Positions 9,039 through 18,685 of a stretch of 64,000 bases of DNA are shown one piece after another. The position numbers were made by a program, and so were the translations under genes. The stretch is taken from positions 67,521-131,520 of the IMG/VR virus record IMGVR_UViG_3300035517_000267. One strand, given 5' to 3'. The notes under the pieces are model-generated. The model did no database searches. It had not been told where the DNA came from and saw only the letters and a program-made list of their open reading frames with translations. Within the stretch, counting starts at the first letter, position 1; every line of letters starts with the position of its first letter. This DNA is from a virus. Taxonomy: Duplodnaviria; Heunggongvirae; Uroviricota; Caudoviricetes.

Positions 9039-10586
9039 TCAAAAATAATACTTTTGTCTACCTAAAATTTCAAAATCGGTAATTAAAATCTGCGGAGTGA
9101 CCTTAGTAAAATATCTATTTACCGTAGGTCTACCAATAGCAGTTATATTTACGCAACCTAATTCGTTAGAAGTTAATTCTTCTAACTCCTTCTCATTTGA
9201 TTTAAACTTAATCAGTGTTATTCCATTTGATAGTGTTATTTTTAAAGTTGGATTTTTATCTCTAGACATTAATGTTACCATATCTTTTGTCACTGATAAG
9301 TTTTCTACTACAACAAGCGGTTCATCGACATTTGTTGCCCAAAGATTTTTTGAATCTCCTAATTCTAATATTGCTTGTTGATTAACAGATGAACCCGAAT
9401 AAATAAAATCAACCTTATAACAAGGAGAAAATTCTATATCTTTAAGTTGCTCTTCCGACCATTCTACAAATTGATTAAAATTGTGGTCGGAGATGGCTAA
9501 TCCAAAAGCATTTCCATGTCCGCTCGCATATTCAATTAAGCCAGAACTTTCGCAAAAAGCTCGGAAATCTATAAGCTTTGACTTCTCATAACCTCTTGCG
9601 GAACCCGCCCAAATTAATTCTCCATTTGTTGTAGTTGGAGAAAGAATTGCAACAGGTCTTTTGTACTTAGACATTAATTCATTAGCAATTAGTCCTCGCA
9701 CTCCAGCATCTACAGATACATCATGCAATTGAATCAAAAGCAACTTCCGAGAAAGAAGATTGTCTTGCTCTATTATAGACTCTATTTCTGCGGCGCTGGC
9801 ATCTCGAATTTTTGTCTGGCGATTTTTTACGTTAGTGCAAGTCCGCAAAGCTTGTTCAACTCTAGTTTCTTCTTCGCCTTTATGACCGCGTTTCGTTGAA
9901 GGAATTAATTCATTTGCTTTCCATTCAAGCATACTTTCAAAAACCAATCTCTTTTCTTCTTGTGTTCCTACTCTAGTAATTGCATTAATTAAAGGAACTA
10001 TATAAAAAGAGACTCCTAGGGGAGTTAAATCCCCAGTGCCAAGTTGATACTCATTTTTTTGAGCCATACCTTTTATGAATGGATTGCGGAGACTCGTGCG
10101 ACGTAGCCCTTCTTGGATAAGATAATGTGTTTCGATATATCTTGCATCCATCATGTCGCCTTGAAGTCCAATCCCTACTATGTCAAGATAATCATCCGCA
10201 TAAGCAGTCCCGCAAATCCTGTCAAAATATTGACATAACTTATAAACTATTCCTACGCCAGAAAGAGATTTTGTTGGATAGTCACAAAGCTGATTATTGA
10301 CAACACAAGCATATTCGCTTTCTCGCTCCGCAATGTGATGGTCTAATACCACTACATCAATACCTTTTTCGCTTAACTCTTGGTGAATGGCATAATCATT
10401 GCTCGAAGAATCGGGCGCTATAACCAATGTTGTTCCCTCTGGAATTAAACTTATATTAATTCCATGTACTTTACCATCATGAAAATCATAACTAAATTTA
10501 TTCATCGCTGAGGGAAACTGCCTACCAAGGTAGTTGAGCAAAAGTGAGCTTGACGAATATCCATCACAATCCGAGTCCACTTGCAC
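9039..10586 (-). CDS. DHH/DHHA1 phosphoesterase, RecJ-like ssDNA exonuclease
   Basis: VQVDSDCDG (motif I), DVVVLDHH (motif III) and the GHGNAFG DHHA1 motif. The frame stays open upstream to about 10776 (…LKNIEQAAQIIIKHIIDDNAKIF) with an AGGGGGG ribosome-binding site but no canonical start codon, so the N-terminus is probably longer than the ORF track shows. Confidence 0.75.
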   Translation of the reverse strand: MQVDSDCDGYSSSSLLLNYLGRQFPSAMNKFSYDFHDGKVHGINISLIPEGTTLVIAPDSSSNDYAIHQELSEKGIDVVVLDHHIAERESEYACVVNNQLCDYPTKSLSGVGIVYKLCQYFDRICGTAYADDYLDIVGIGLQGDMMDARYIETHYLIQEGLRRTSLRNPFIKGMAQKNEYQLGTGDLTPLGVSFYIVPLINAITRVGTQEEKRLVFESMLEWKANELIPSTKRGHKGEEETRVEQALRTCTNVKNRQTKIRDASAAEIESIIEQDNLLSRKLLLIQLHDVSVDAGVRGLIANELMSKYKRPVAILSPTTTNGELIWAGSARGYEKSKLIDFRAFCESSGLIEYASGHGNAFGLAISDHNFNQFVEWSEEQLKDIEFSPCYKVDFIYSGSSVNQQAILELGDSKNLWATNVDEPLVVVENLSVTKDMVTLMSRDKNPTLKITLSNGITLIKFKSNEKELEELTSNELGCVNITAIGRPTVNRYFTKVTPQILITDFEILGRQKYYF

Positions 10587-10918
10587 AAATATCTTTGCAT
10601 TGTCGTCGATAATATGCTTAATTATAATTTGAGCCGCTTGTTCTATATTTTTAAGTTTCAGGGGTGATAAATTATCCTCTTTTGTTACGTTTAGATAATG
10701 AGGAATATCTTCATAAGCAATTCCTCGGTTTGTAAGAACTTGCTCTAATGCAGAGTAATTTTCATTAATTGAATTTATTAATTCGTATTCTATTATAATT
10801 ACCCCCCTCGTTTAAAACTTATAAAAGCTTGCAGAGGGGACTTCCATAAGGTGAGACATGATAATTTCATTTAATCTCCAGTCGGCGCTCTCATAGATCG
10901 CTCCATATACTATACCTC

Positions 10919-12031
10919 TCATTCCTTTGGTACAATCCTTTCTTTTAATAACTTTTCAAATATTTGCGGACCTGCGTCTATAGGGCTTGCTTTATGAGGG
11001 AGAATCATCTCCTTATCAAATATTGCAGATATTTTAATACTTTGACCATATTTATCATTAATGTGAATAAGTTTACTTTTTAGTCTCTGAAACTCTTTGT
11101 CTCCTATGCACTCAAAATCACGGTCAAATGCAACCACAACTTCTTGTACTCCAATAGATTTTAATAGTTCTATATGATAAGTTGAAATACTACTACCGCA
11201 ACAAGCTACTGAAATATCGTTATCTTGTCCATAATAACTAATATACTGCAAGCACGCTTTTTCTGATTCAAAAATAATTGCCACTCCCGCACGCCTAATA
11301 TTTTCTTTACTATTATTCAAATTATATAAATTAAGACTTAAAGGATGATTATACATTTGTCCTTCTACTATTAAAGGGCGATATTTTCCAAATTTATCTG
11401 CTTCTTCTTGTGCTAAAGTTCTTCCTCTTATTCCAATAAGATTACCTTCCATATCAAAATGAGGAATAGTTATTTGCTCTTTGCCTGGGTAATAACCGAT
11501 TAGATTCTTCTTAATTACCTCATTTGATATACCTTCATCTTCCCAATTAAGTATCCTTGGATAAAGAAATCTAGTAAGAATAACCGGGTCATAACTAGGC
11601 AATTTAGCAAATGAAAAAGAATCTTTGGACTTTTTCTTATATCTACTAAATATTTCCCAACCTATTAAATGCTCTTCTTCTTTTACTTGCTCAACGCCTT
11701 CAAATCCAAAGTATTGTGCAATAAAATTCATGGCGTCATAAAGTTGCCATTCCATATTTTTTTGATTATGTACTACTTTAATACATAATTCAAATATATC
11801 AAATGAAGGTGAACTTGTACATCCAGTAAAACAATAAAAGAGTTGTGAGCCTTCATAATAATAAAGTTTGCGGGAGCCAACCCCTGGAAGATTATGACAT
11901 ATTGTCTGGGAGATTATACCTTGTGAAAAGTATTCAGGCTCCCCGCCCCACATTTCTAATAGGTCGTATATGTTTTCTATTGATAGTTGAGCTTTTAGTT
12001 CATCTTTATTATAAAATTTATTCAATCCCAA
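10919..12031 (-). CDS. dnaG: DNA primase, DnaG-like (zinc finger plus TOPRIM)
   Basis: CHN...CFTGC zinc-binding region and a TOPRIM motif AIIFESEKA...VVVAFDRD. Confidence 0.75.
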   Translation of the reverse strand: MGLNKFYNKDELKAQLSIENIYDLLEMWGGEPEYFSQGIISQTICHNLPGVGSRKLYYYEGSQLFYCFTGCTSSPSFDIFELCIKVVHNQKNMEWQLYDAMNFIAQYFGFEGVEQVKEEEHLIGWEIFSRYKKKSKDSFSFAKLPSYDPVILTRFLYPRILNWEDEGISNEVIKKNLIGYYPGKEQITIPHFDMEGNLIGIRGRTLAQEEADKFGKYRPLIVEGQMYNHPLSLNLYNLNNSKENIRRAGVAIIFESEKACLQYISYYGQDNDISVACCGSSISTYHIELLKSIGVQEVVVAFDRDFECIGDKEFQRLKSKLIHINDKYGQSIKISAIFDKEMILPHKASPIDAGPQIFEKLLKERIVPKE

Positions 12032-12720
12032 GGAGCATCACCATCATCTACAATTACGCGTGTATCCTCTATAGGTACCATTTCTAGTCGCCAGTTAGTA
12101 CAAAATTGCGGTTCTATTCTACAAGTTCCCAAATTTGCGGAACAAAAAAGATAAACTCCCTTATATGCCCCACGACGATTCTTATATATAGATAGTTTGA
12201 TTTTAGGCACTTTAAGATTGGGATTTGCGGCAAGAATTGGAGCGAGTTTTTCAAGGTCTTGAGGAGTAACTTCCAAGAGTATCATCCCCGTGTCAACTCT
12301 GTCTGCGATGCTTTTCGCTCCTCTCAAGAGATTTTGGTCTGGAGTTTCGCTATCTTTATAGTCGGTATTAAGCTGTGTACCCGTCAAAATAAAAACTCCA
12401 TATTGATTAGCTATATCTTTTAACCTAGCAGACAACATAAAAAGTATATTATCTTCTCGAAGCTTGACTCCGCCAGAACGCTTGGATATTTCTTCGAGTA
12501 TCTTGAGTGATGTGTGTATATAATCGAACATATTCCTCCTATGTTTCCATAGGTACTGACTATCTCTTACTTGACAAAATGCCAAGGATACCTTTTCGAG
12601 CCACGTACCAATAGTAGCCCTACTCCGCCGATCCGCGGATAGTCGATACAGGTTAAATTTGGACTTGTTTCCAAGTTTTTCCTCGACAAATATCTCCAAT
12701 TGTAGATTTGCAAATACCAT
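12022..12720 (-). CDS. dnaB: replicative DNA helicase DnaB-like, 3' exon
   Basis: MFDYIHTSLKILEEISKRSGG... ILTGTQLN matches the DnaB IDYLQL...ALSQLNR region. The true exon begins near 12530; the upstream in-frame part of the ORF is intron sequence. Confidence 0.7.
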   Translation of the reverse strand: MVFANLQLEIFVEEKLGNKSKFNLYRLSADRRSRATIGTWLEKVSLAFCQVRDSQYLWKHRRNMFDYIHTSLKILEEISKRSGGVKLREDNILFMLSARLKDIANQYGVFILTGTQLNTDYKDSETPDQNLLRGAKSIADRVDTGMILLEVTPQDLEKLAPILAANPNLKVPKIKLSIYKNRRGAYKGVYLFCSANLGTCRIEPQFCTNWRLEMVPIEDTRVIVDDGDAPWD

Positions 12721-13526
12721 ATTTGTCGATTAATTGTTGGTATGTGAATCCATTTTTTCTATCTATTTTAATTGCACGAACAATTTCTTCATTTAATTTG
12801 GTATGTCTATTTTTCTCAGTAAATACTTCTGGCATAATTGTTTTATATCTAGAGCCAGTCCAAATATTTAGAAAAGAATTATAGTGCATTTTTCCTTCAT
12901 ATAATTCTTTGTAAATCTTACTTGGACTTTCATGCCTAGCATAAGCTTTTCTAAGAAAAATAACCTCATCTTCCGATAATGAAGCGTGAGCTTTCATAAG
13001 CTTTTCTTTTTGTTCCTCTTTCATTGGTTTAGAAGCATTTAATCCACCAGACTCAATATTATATCCATTTGGAATCTAAGTTTTTAAATTAGCAATATAA
13101 TATATTTCTAGTCCATTTAATTCTTCTATTGTTTCGGCTTCTGCTAAAATTTCATATTTAAAATTTTCATAGCCATATTTTCGGAAAGCTCTATGAAGCG
13201 GAGAATTATACTCAGGGTCTTTTTCATTAAAAGCCGTACTTTTATGAGCATTATATCTTTGTCTTGGGTTAATTGTTTGACCCACATATTTTTTCCCATT
13301 AATTAAATTAGTATAACAATAAATGATTCCCATAAAGTAATCATCCTTTCTTTAAAATTATTTCCATTAATATATGAAAATAATCAAAGGTGTTTTGATT
13401 ACTTTTGTCCAAAATTTTTTCCCACGGGATTACCATGCCATTTGGTTTAGGTTTCCCCGTTAGCTAGAATCAAAACTATTCTAACCCCAGTGGTAACTGG
13501 AAAGGTATTACACAGCCCTCGGTTTT
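12541..13526 (-). mobile_element. group I intron in dnaB, carrying a GIY-YIG homing endonuclease
   Basis: DnaB N-terminal and C-terminal halves are separated by about 1 kb. The 3' intron segment at 12538-12660 shares near-identical core blocks with the dnaE intron: cctatgtttccataggtactgactatctcttact, agccctactcc and ggatagtcgatac. Confidence 0.7.
12653..13333 (-). CDS. GIY-YIG homing endonuclease, intron-encoded, with one in-frame TAG
   Basis: The 13076-13333 ORF (GIIYCYTNLINGKKYVGQT) and the 12653-13024 ORF (IPNGYNIESGG... KTWKQV) are in one frame joined by a TAG at 13076-13078. Together they give the complete GIY-YIG plus NUMOD-like architecture seen in the first endonuclease. Confidence 0.65.
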
Positions 13527-14567
13527 TCACTGAGCAATGTAGCGAACATCATGCTCTCTGATGTTCTTCTTTATAATATTTTCTACGTCTTGGAGAGAAA
13601 AGTCGGGCAACGTCTCAACCCAAAGGGGGCTACGAGACAAGATTTCCGCAGCTTTTTTAATTCTTTCTTCTTCTCCTTCAAGATATTGACCATTTAAGAT
13701 ATGTTCTTCATTTACATTTGATAAAAATGCAAGCATCATTGTTTGAATCTCAGTTAAATCTTGTTCAACAGCAATAAAAAGAGTAGGCTGTGCGCTTCCA
13801 TTTCTTATCCAACCAAACTGGTCATGATAAATCTCATTACACGCAAAATTGCAAGCATCGGCAATCATTGAACGTGTTTTGCCAACTCCAGTTGCCGCTG
13901 ACCTAAGATACATTTTGCCAAGTCTTGCTCCGCGAGTTACTGTGTTAATGAGGGGTCCATACATCGGAATACCAATCTCAGGATTCTTCTTTAAATCTTC
14001 AATAAGTCCCAAAATACCATCTCCCGCCTGGTAGCCATCACCTAAGTCATCATTAACATATTTTGTTTTTATTTCATCTATTCTATTATCAATATCTTGG
14101 GCAATAGATGTAATAGAAGTTTTATCAAGCCAATCTTCTTGCTCTTGTTTTTTGTTTGTATTGATAATATTTTCTGGGTCATAAAGATAACTTACATCAA
14201 GCCCATAGTTTGCATAAGCTCTTAGCAAGCTAAATTTTTTCATGCGCATATAATAATAATTAAAGGTTTCTTTCTTAGAAACTTGAGAAGCTTCTGCAAG
14301 ATATTCAACGCCTTTATTCTTATTAAAAATCGCTTCATATTTAGGTCTATTGGCGAGATAATCTATAATAGACTCTATGTTTACCTTACTCCCAGTAAGA
14401 TGTATATTGTAAATTGCTCCAAAAGTTATTTTATGAAAATTTTCAGTAAAATCATCTTCATGTATAACATATTTATCTGTATCATCAAGTATAGAAGAAT
14501 CGTTAAAAACACATCCAATAACCTGCGTTATGGCGGCAAGGTCTATATAACTATTAGGATTAACCAC
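13527..14567 (-). CDS. dnaB: replicative DNA helicase DnaB-like, 5' exon
   Basis: DnaB N-terminal domain followed by Walker A GVGKT. Confidence 0.7.
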   Translation of the reverse strand: MVNPNSYIDLAAITQVIGCVFNDSSILDDTDKYVIHEDDFTENFHKITFGAIYNIHLTGSKVNIESIIDYLANRPKYEAIFNKNKGVEYLAEASQVSKKETFNYYYMRMKKFSLLRAYANYGLDVSYLYDPENIINTNKKQEQEDWLDKTSITSIAQDIDNRIDEIKTKYVNDDLGDGYQAGDGILGLIEDLKKNPEIGIPMYGPLINTVTRGARLGKMYLRSAATGVGKTRSMIADACNFACNEIYHDQFGWIRNGSAQPTLFIAVEQDLTEIQTMMLAFLSNVNEEHILNGQYLEGEEERIKKAAEILSRSPLWVETLPDFSLQDVENIIKKNIREHDVRYIAQ

Positions 14568-15084
14568 TTACATCTTCCTCCTTGTCCAAAAAATCAAAAA
14601 GATTTTTAAAACGCCTTACTGGTTTTCTTCCACTTGCTTTAATGTGTATTTCTCGTGCGGGAAGCACATAATCTTGAAGCTCAATATTTTCATTTTTCTG
14701 CTGTGCTTCCCATATACCATGCCAGTAGGCATATGCTTCCTCGTACACATATGGCGTTATACCAATTCCACCATTCGACTTCTCAAGGTCATTTCCGCAC
14801 ACATCATAAAAATATTTTAGAGTTTTTAAAATTCCTGAATAAGTATATTTTTTATCTTTCACATAGGTATTTATCTGTCTATCAATTTTTTCTGAGATAC
14901 AATTAATTCTAAATAAGTCCTTAATATAATTTTCTAGTTCTTTCTTATCTTTATCCTCTTGGGTTTCTAGAGATTCCGCACAAGAAGCATGAGCATAACG
15001 ATTACTTCTTGGCTTTACATAGGGTTCTTCGTCAGGATTAAACATCTCATTACAATAAAGACATTTAACGAGCCTTTTTGCCAC
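14560..15084 (-). CDS. hypothetical zinc-ribbon protein
   Basis: N-terminal CLYCNEMF...HASCAES zinc ribbon. Confidence 0.4.
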   Translation of the reverse strand: MAKRLVKCLYCNEMFNPDEEPYVKPRSNRYAHASCAESLETQEDKDKKELENYIKDLFRINCISEKIDRQINTYVKDKKYTYSGILKTLKYFYDVCGNDLEKSNGGIGITPYVYEEAYAYWHGIWEAQQKNENIELQDYVLPAREIHIKASGRKPVRRFKNLFDFLDKEEDVSG

Positions 15085-15108
15085 TACTTCTCACTCCTTC
15101 CCTAAAGT

Positions 15109-15143
15109 TTATATAAATATTATATCACATTTTAATAAAAAAA
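15109..15143 (-). promoter_or_regulatory. conserved promoter copy
   Basis: Plus strand tatataaatattatatcacattttaataaaaaaag, next to a terminator hairpin. Confidence 0.55.
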
Positions 15144-15172
15144 GCAAGAGAGGGAGATTTCTCTCCCTCTCA
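15144..15172 (-). terminator. rho-independent terminator
   Basis: agagagggagatttctctccctct hairpin. Confidence 0.55.
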
Positions 15173-15178
15173 TCTTCT

Positions 15179-15736
15179 TTAACCCTTTATAAGTTCTTCC
15201 AAGTCTGTAGCAATCAAGTCCATAAGCTCAGCTTGCTCGGGGGTACAATCGCTAACTTTTCGCCCCTTACCAAGATAACGCTCAATAATTGAGGTAATCT
15301 TAGCTGCGTTAGACTGATTTGCACTCATAAGATCTCCAATAAGATTCTGAATCTTTTCAGCAAGAGCCTGATAATCATATTCTTTTGGAGCTGCAAACTC
15401 AGCTCTTTCTGTAGTAATATACTTTCCATTTGTTGCTTTTGCTTCTGCATCAATTGCGGCATTAAGAGCATTAACAAGTGCATTATAAGAAAAATCTATT
15501 TCAGGAGCGATATATTTAAATCTACAGCCACAACGAACACTATTATCCTCAGACCTAAGTGTAAGAACAGGCTTATAGGTTCCATCAGGCATAGCTTTTG
15601 GATGAGCATAGGCTATTATATCACTCATATTTTCTATTATCGAAAGCGCAGAACTCTGCATAGAAGAACCAATCTGTTGATATTCAGTGCCATTCTGAGG
15701 TTTAATTGTTTTTTCTTTATCGTGACTTATAAACAC
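15179..15736 (-). CDS. probable 3' exon of an AAA_24/Sak4-like recombination ATPase
   Basis: RecA-fold continuation (DIIAYAHPK...) downstream of the P-loop ORF at 16927-17292, separated by a LAGLIDADG-containing insert. Confidence 0.4.
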   Translation of the reverse strand: MFISHDKEKTIKPQNGTEYQQIGSSMQSSALSIIENMSDIIAYAHPKAMPDGTYKPVLTLRSEDNSVRCGCRFKYIAPEIDFSYNALVNALNAAIDAEAKATNGKYITTERAEFAAPKEYDYQALAEKIQNLIGDLMSANQSNAAKITSIIERYLGKGRKVSDCTPEQAELMDLIATDLEELIKG

Positions 15737-16926
15737 AACAGCATATCCCAGCTGAGTTAAAGTCCTAAAAGTTTCCTCGAATTCCTTTTTATATTTTGCC
15801 CCAATAATGTTATCCTAAAGGCTTTTTATCCTCTAGTTCTTACGCTTACTTATTCGCGTAAGTTCAGCATAGCTTTTATCCCCAACACTTGGGGATTGTA
15901 GTCTCGTGGAGAACTATATCAATTAAAGTTTTTTATATCTATAATCTTTTGATATTTTTCTTTCTTTCTTGCCAGGAATAAAGAGTTATCGGTATATAAA
16001 TGCTTAAAGATTTCTTTAGAAGCATTTGTCGAATATTGTAAGATATATAATGTAGAAGTATTACGTTGAAAAGAGTGAACATTTACTTTTGGAATATCAT
16101 ATTCCTCATAAAAAAAGTCTACAATCCATTCAAGAATTTCTTTAGTTGCAGATGTAATCTGCCAACTCAAAGTATTATAATTATTAGAAAGAAGAGTTAT
16201 ACTCCCATCGCCATCAAAAAAACCTCTAATATAATCAATCCAATATTTTCTATCTAAGCTTAATGGTGGCTTTAGCTTAAAGGTTTTTTGTGGAATCACG
16301 CCATACTTGGCTAAATCTTTTTTATGTTGTTCGCTTGACCATTGAATTTTGCTAACTTGATAACCAGCTTGAGTAATATAATCTTTAACTTCGGACTTCA
16401 AACCAATTTCTTGACGAATCTTTTCAAGAATCTCTCTATCTACTGTACTCAAACTAAGTTTAACTACATTCCTATCTTTCTCAATGCTACCATCGGCAGC
16501 CAAAAAACCAACAAGCCAAGCCATATTATGATTTTCTTCGCTAAAATAATTCTGCTTTTCTAGCAGATTTCTGCCTTTATTCGCAGCTACAATAGCTTCA
16601 TGTCGATTTCTTAATTTATAACCATTCTTTTCTAAGACTTCTTTGAGTTGAGGCAAAGTTATTTTTGCAGCAGCCATTACTGCCGCTTGCCCTCTCCCAT
16701 TTTCAATATACTCCTTTAGAACAATTTTCTCTTGCTCTTCCGTAAATGAGTTTTTTGTATTCACACTGAACACACTCCTTAAAACTAAAACTTTAATTGT
16801 TTAATTTCTCTATGCGTTGCGCGTGTTAAAGCTTTTAGACTTTAACTTCCGCTCTGGTTAGCATTTCAGCTTTCCAGGTTTTTACTACAATTTTGATATG
16901 AATTACTTCATAAAAGACCAAGCATT
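15737..16926 (-). mobile_element. putative group I intron with a LAGLIDADG homing endonuclease inside the Sak4-like ATPase gene
   Basis: A Walker A/B N-terminal half and a C-terminal half are separated by 1.2 kb holding a double-motif LAGLIDADG ORF. The flanks contain GC-rich hairpins and an AGACUA element. Confidence 0.45.
15919..16773 (-). CDS. LAGLIDADG homing endonuclease (double-motif)
   Basis: LVGFLAADGS and IRGFFDGDGS motifs. Confidence 0.8.
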   Translation of the reverse strand: MFSVNTKNSFTEEQEKIVLKEYIENGRGQAAVMAAAKITLPQLKEVLEKNGYKLRNRHEAIVAANKGRNLLEKQNYFSEENHNMAWLVGFLAADGSIEKDRNVVKLSLSTVDREILEKIRQEIGLKSEVKDYITQAGYQVSKIQWSSEQHKKDLAKYGVIPQKTFKLKPPLSLDRKYWIDYIRGFFDGDGSITLLSNNYNTLSWQITSATKEILEWIVDFFYEEYDIPKVNVHSFQRNTSTLYILQYSTNASKEIFKHLYTDNSLFLARKKEKYQKIIDIKNFN

Positions 16927-17292
16927 TTAGCCATTATTCGACCATCCGCCGTCTCCAATGTTTTCTATCCCCAGCTGATTACAAACATATTTCTGACACA
17001 TATCAGCGGCTAGGTCTGCGGTATCAATTATAATGCTTTTATAAACTTCCTTAACCTCAGATTTCTTAAGCTCTCTAAGAACTTGCTTCATATCTCCCCA
17101 AGATGTGATATCTTGTACCATGACCCCAGGTAGTGCGTTGTAACCACGCTCGAATGCTAGTATCAAATGACCAGGCATCTGAGAACCAAAAGTCGTCTTA
17201 CCAATCTTTGCAGGTCCAAATAAAAAAGTAATATAGCCAGATAGATCGCGACTTACACTATGAGGCTGAATATTTAAAAGGTTGATAGCCAT
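16927..17292 (-). CDS. AAA_24/Sak4-like ATPase, 5' exon (Walker A and Walker B)
   Basis: GPAKIGKTT and SIIIDTAD motifs; the 121-aa ORF stops right after Walker B, which reads as truncated. Confidence 0.5.
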   Translation of the reverse strand: MAINLLNIQPHSVSRDLSGYITFLFGPAKIGKTTFGSQMPGHLILAFERGYNALPGVMVQDITSWGDMKQVLRELKKSEVKEVYKSIIIDTADLAADMCQKYVCNQLGIENIGDGGWSNNG

Positions 17293-17347
17293 TATTTTTA
17301 TTTCCTTTCCTAAAGCTAAAGGGGGAGGTTTTTCCTCCCCTTATAAA

Positions 17348-18277
17348 TTAAAACTTGTACTCGCCCTCAGTAGGCTTTGCGAAAGCCGACGGAGTAGAAT
17401 TCTTACTAGCACGATAAGTATCGCTACGCTGCTTGATTTCCGCAAGATGGATCTCTCGTGCGGCGATCATCTCAGACAGCTCAGAAGCAAGAAGTGTGCT
17501 TTCATCATCCCAAAGATAAGGCTCAGGCTGCGCCCAAGTAATAACAAATGCCTTCTGAGTATTAGTAACCTCGCGCACACTAATCTCACCCCAAGCGCTT
17601 GCTTCCTCTATCTTCTTCTTTACAACCCTAGAGATTTCCTGCCCCTTCACCTTAGTAAAGACGGGCTGCTTCTGCGTAGCCTCAAGTCCCTCAAAATAAT
17701 CAATTGCTGCCGGATTGGTAACAGTAAACTCGACAGGAAGAAGCATCTTGGGATAACCAAAAATACAGCCCTTGACTATGCCTGTATCCGGCTGATCCTC
17801 AGTCTCCTTACGAGAAAAATTAGTAATAACCATATCTGCTTCAAAAGTAGATCGACTATCAGGCTCACTAAATGTATCAATAGGATGAATAAATCCACCC
17901 TCATTGCGCTTTGTGCTTACAAGCGGTTCACCCTCAACACGATAATTGTACCACTCGTTAAGAGCAATTGCAGAATCTACTCTAAGCTTCGCAGCATTCT
18001 CCTTACCAGCGCCCATAACTGTCTTGGTGGTACCGTCAAGTATGCTCTGAAGAATTGCATAGTTACCATTTACACGAGGTGCATCATTCGGATTCTTCTG
18101 AGGATAATACTCTGCAACATAGGTATAATGAACAGTAACTATATTGGTATCATCTGTTGCAATACTAATATCACCAGAGATATAAGGAATATTCTTGGCA
18201 CTTACCTTGCTCTTAAGATTATGCTCATAGAGATAACCCTCAAGATGAACTGTGTTTATAAAATTCTTCTTACTCAT
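17348..18277 (-). CDS. possible single-stranded DNA-binding protein (T7 gp2.5-like); GC-rich gene
   Basis: Sits next to the Sak4-like ATPase; acidic C-terminal tail ending in an aromatic residue (...EGEYKF). The assignment is tentative. Confidence 0.3.
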   Translation of the reverse strand: MSKKNFINTVHLEGYLYEHNLKSKVSAKNIPYISGDISIATDDTNIVTVHYTYVAEYYPQKNPNDAPRVNGNYAILQSILDGTTKTVMGAGKENAAKLRVDSAIALNEWYNYRVEGEPLVSTKRNEGGFIHPIDTFSEPDSRSTFEADMVITNFSRKETEDQPDTGIVKGCIFGYPKMLLPVEFTVTNPAAIDYFEGLEATQKQPVFTKVKGQEISRVVKKKIEEASAWGEISVREVTNTQKAFVITWAQPEPYLWDDESTLLASELSEMIAAREIHLAEIKQRSDTYRASKNSTPSAFAKPTEGEYKF

Positions 18278-18629
18278 TCGTAATATTCTCCTTAATAATA
18301 AAATTCATACCTTTTTCTGTAATCAAGTAATTTACAGGGTTAGTTCCATTCTTTTCAACAAATCCTTCTGTAACAAGCTTTCGCATTGCACCAGAAATCT
18401 TTCTAGATGATTCTCCCATTTCATCTGCTATATCTTTTGCTTTTATAGATTTAAAACCATAATTCTGCAAAAACTCAAGAATCGCAGCGCCAGTTTCTGT
18501 GATAATAGGAGCTTCCGCCTTATCTTCATACGAGGCAAGTTCATTATAAATTTTCATTACGCCACTAGGAATATCATTTTCTCCAACTATAGTATCAAAA
18601 TAATCCAGAAATTCTTTGTATTTATTCAC
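18270..18629 (-). CDS. hypothetical protein
   Basis: ORF with the conserved promoter upstream. Confidence 0.4.
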   Translation of the reverse strand: MNKYKEFLDYFDTIVGENDIPSGVMKIYNELASYEDKAEAPIITETGAAILEFLQNYGFKSIKAKDIADEMGESSRKISGAMRKLVTEGFVEKNGTNPVNYLITEKGMNFIIKENITNE

Positions 18630-18650
18630 TTTTTTATTGCCCCTCCTTAA

Positions 18651-18685
18651 TTTCTATATATATTATATCATTTTAATTAATTTTT
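18651..18685 (-). promoter_or_regulatory. conserved promoter copy
   Basis: Plus strand ttctatatatattatatcattttaattaattttt. Confidence 0.55.

Noticed and set aside
17282-18283. Long plus-strand ORF of 333 aa.
   Set aside because: Antisense to a GC-rich minus-strand gene, with low-complexity composition (L/R/S/I-rich). Such open antisense frames are expected in a GC-rich gene.
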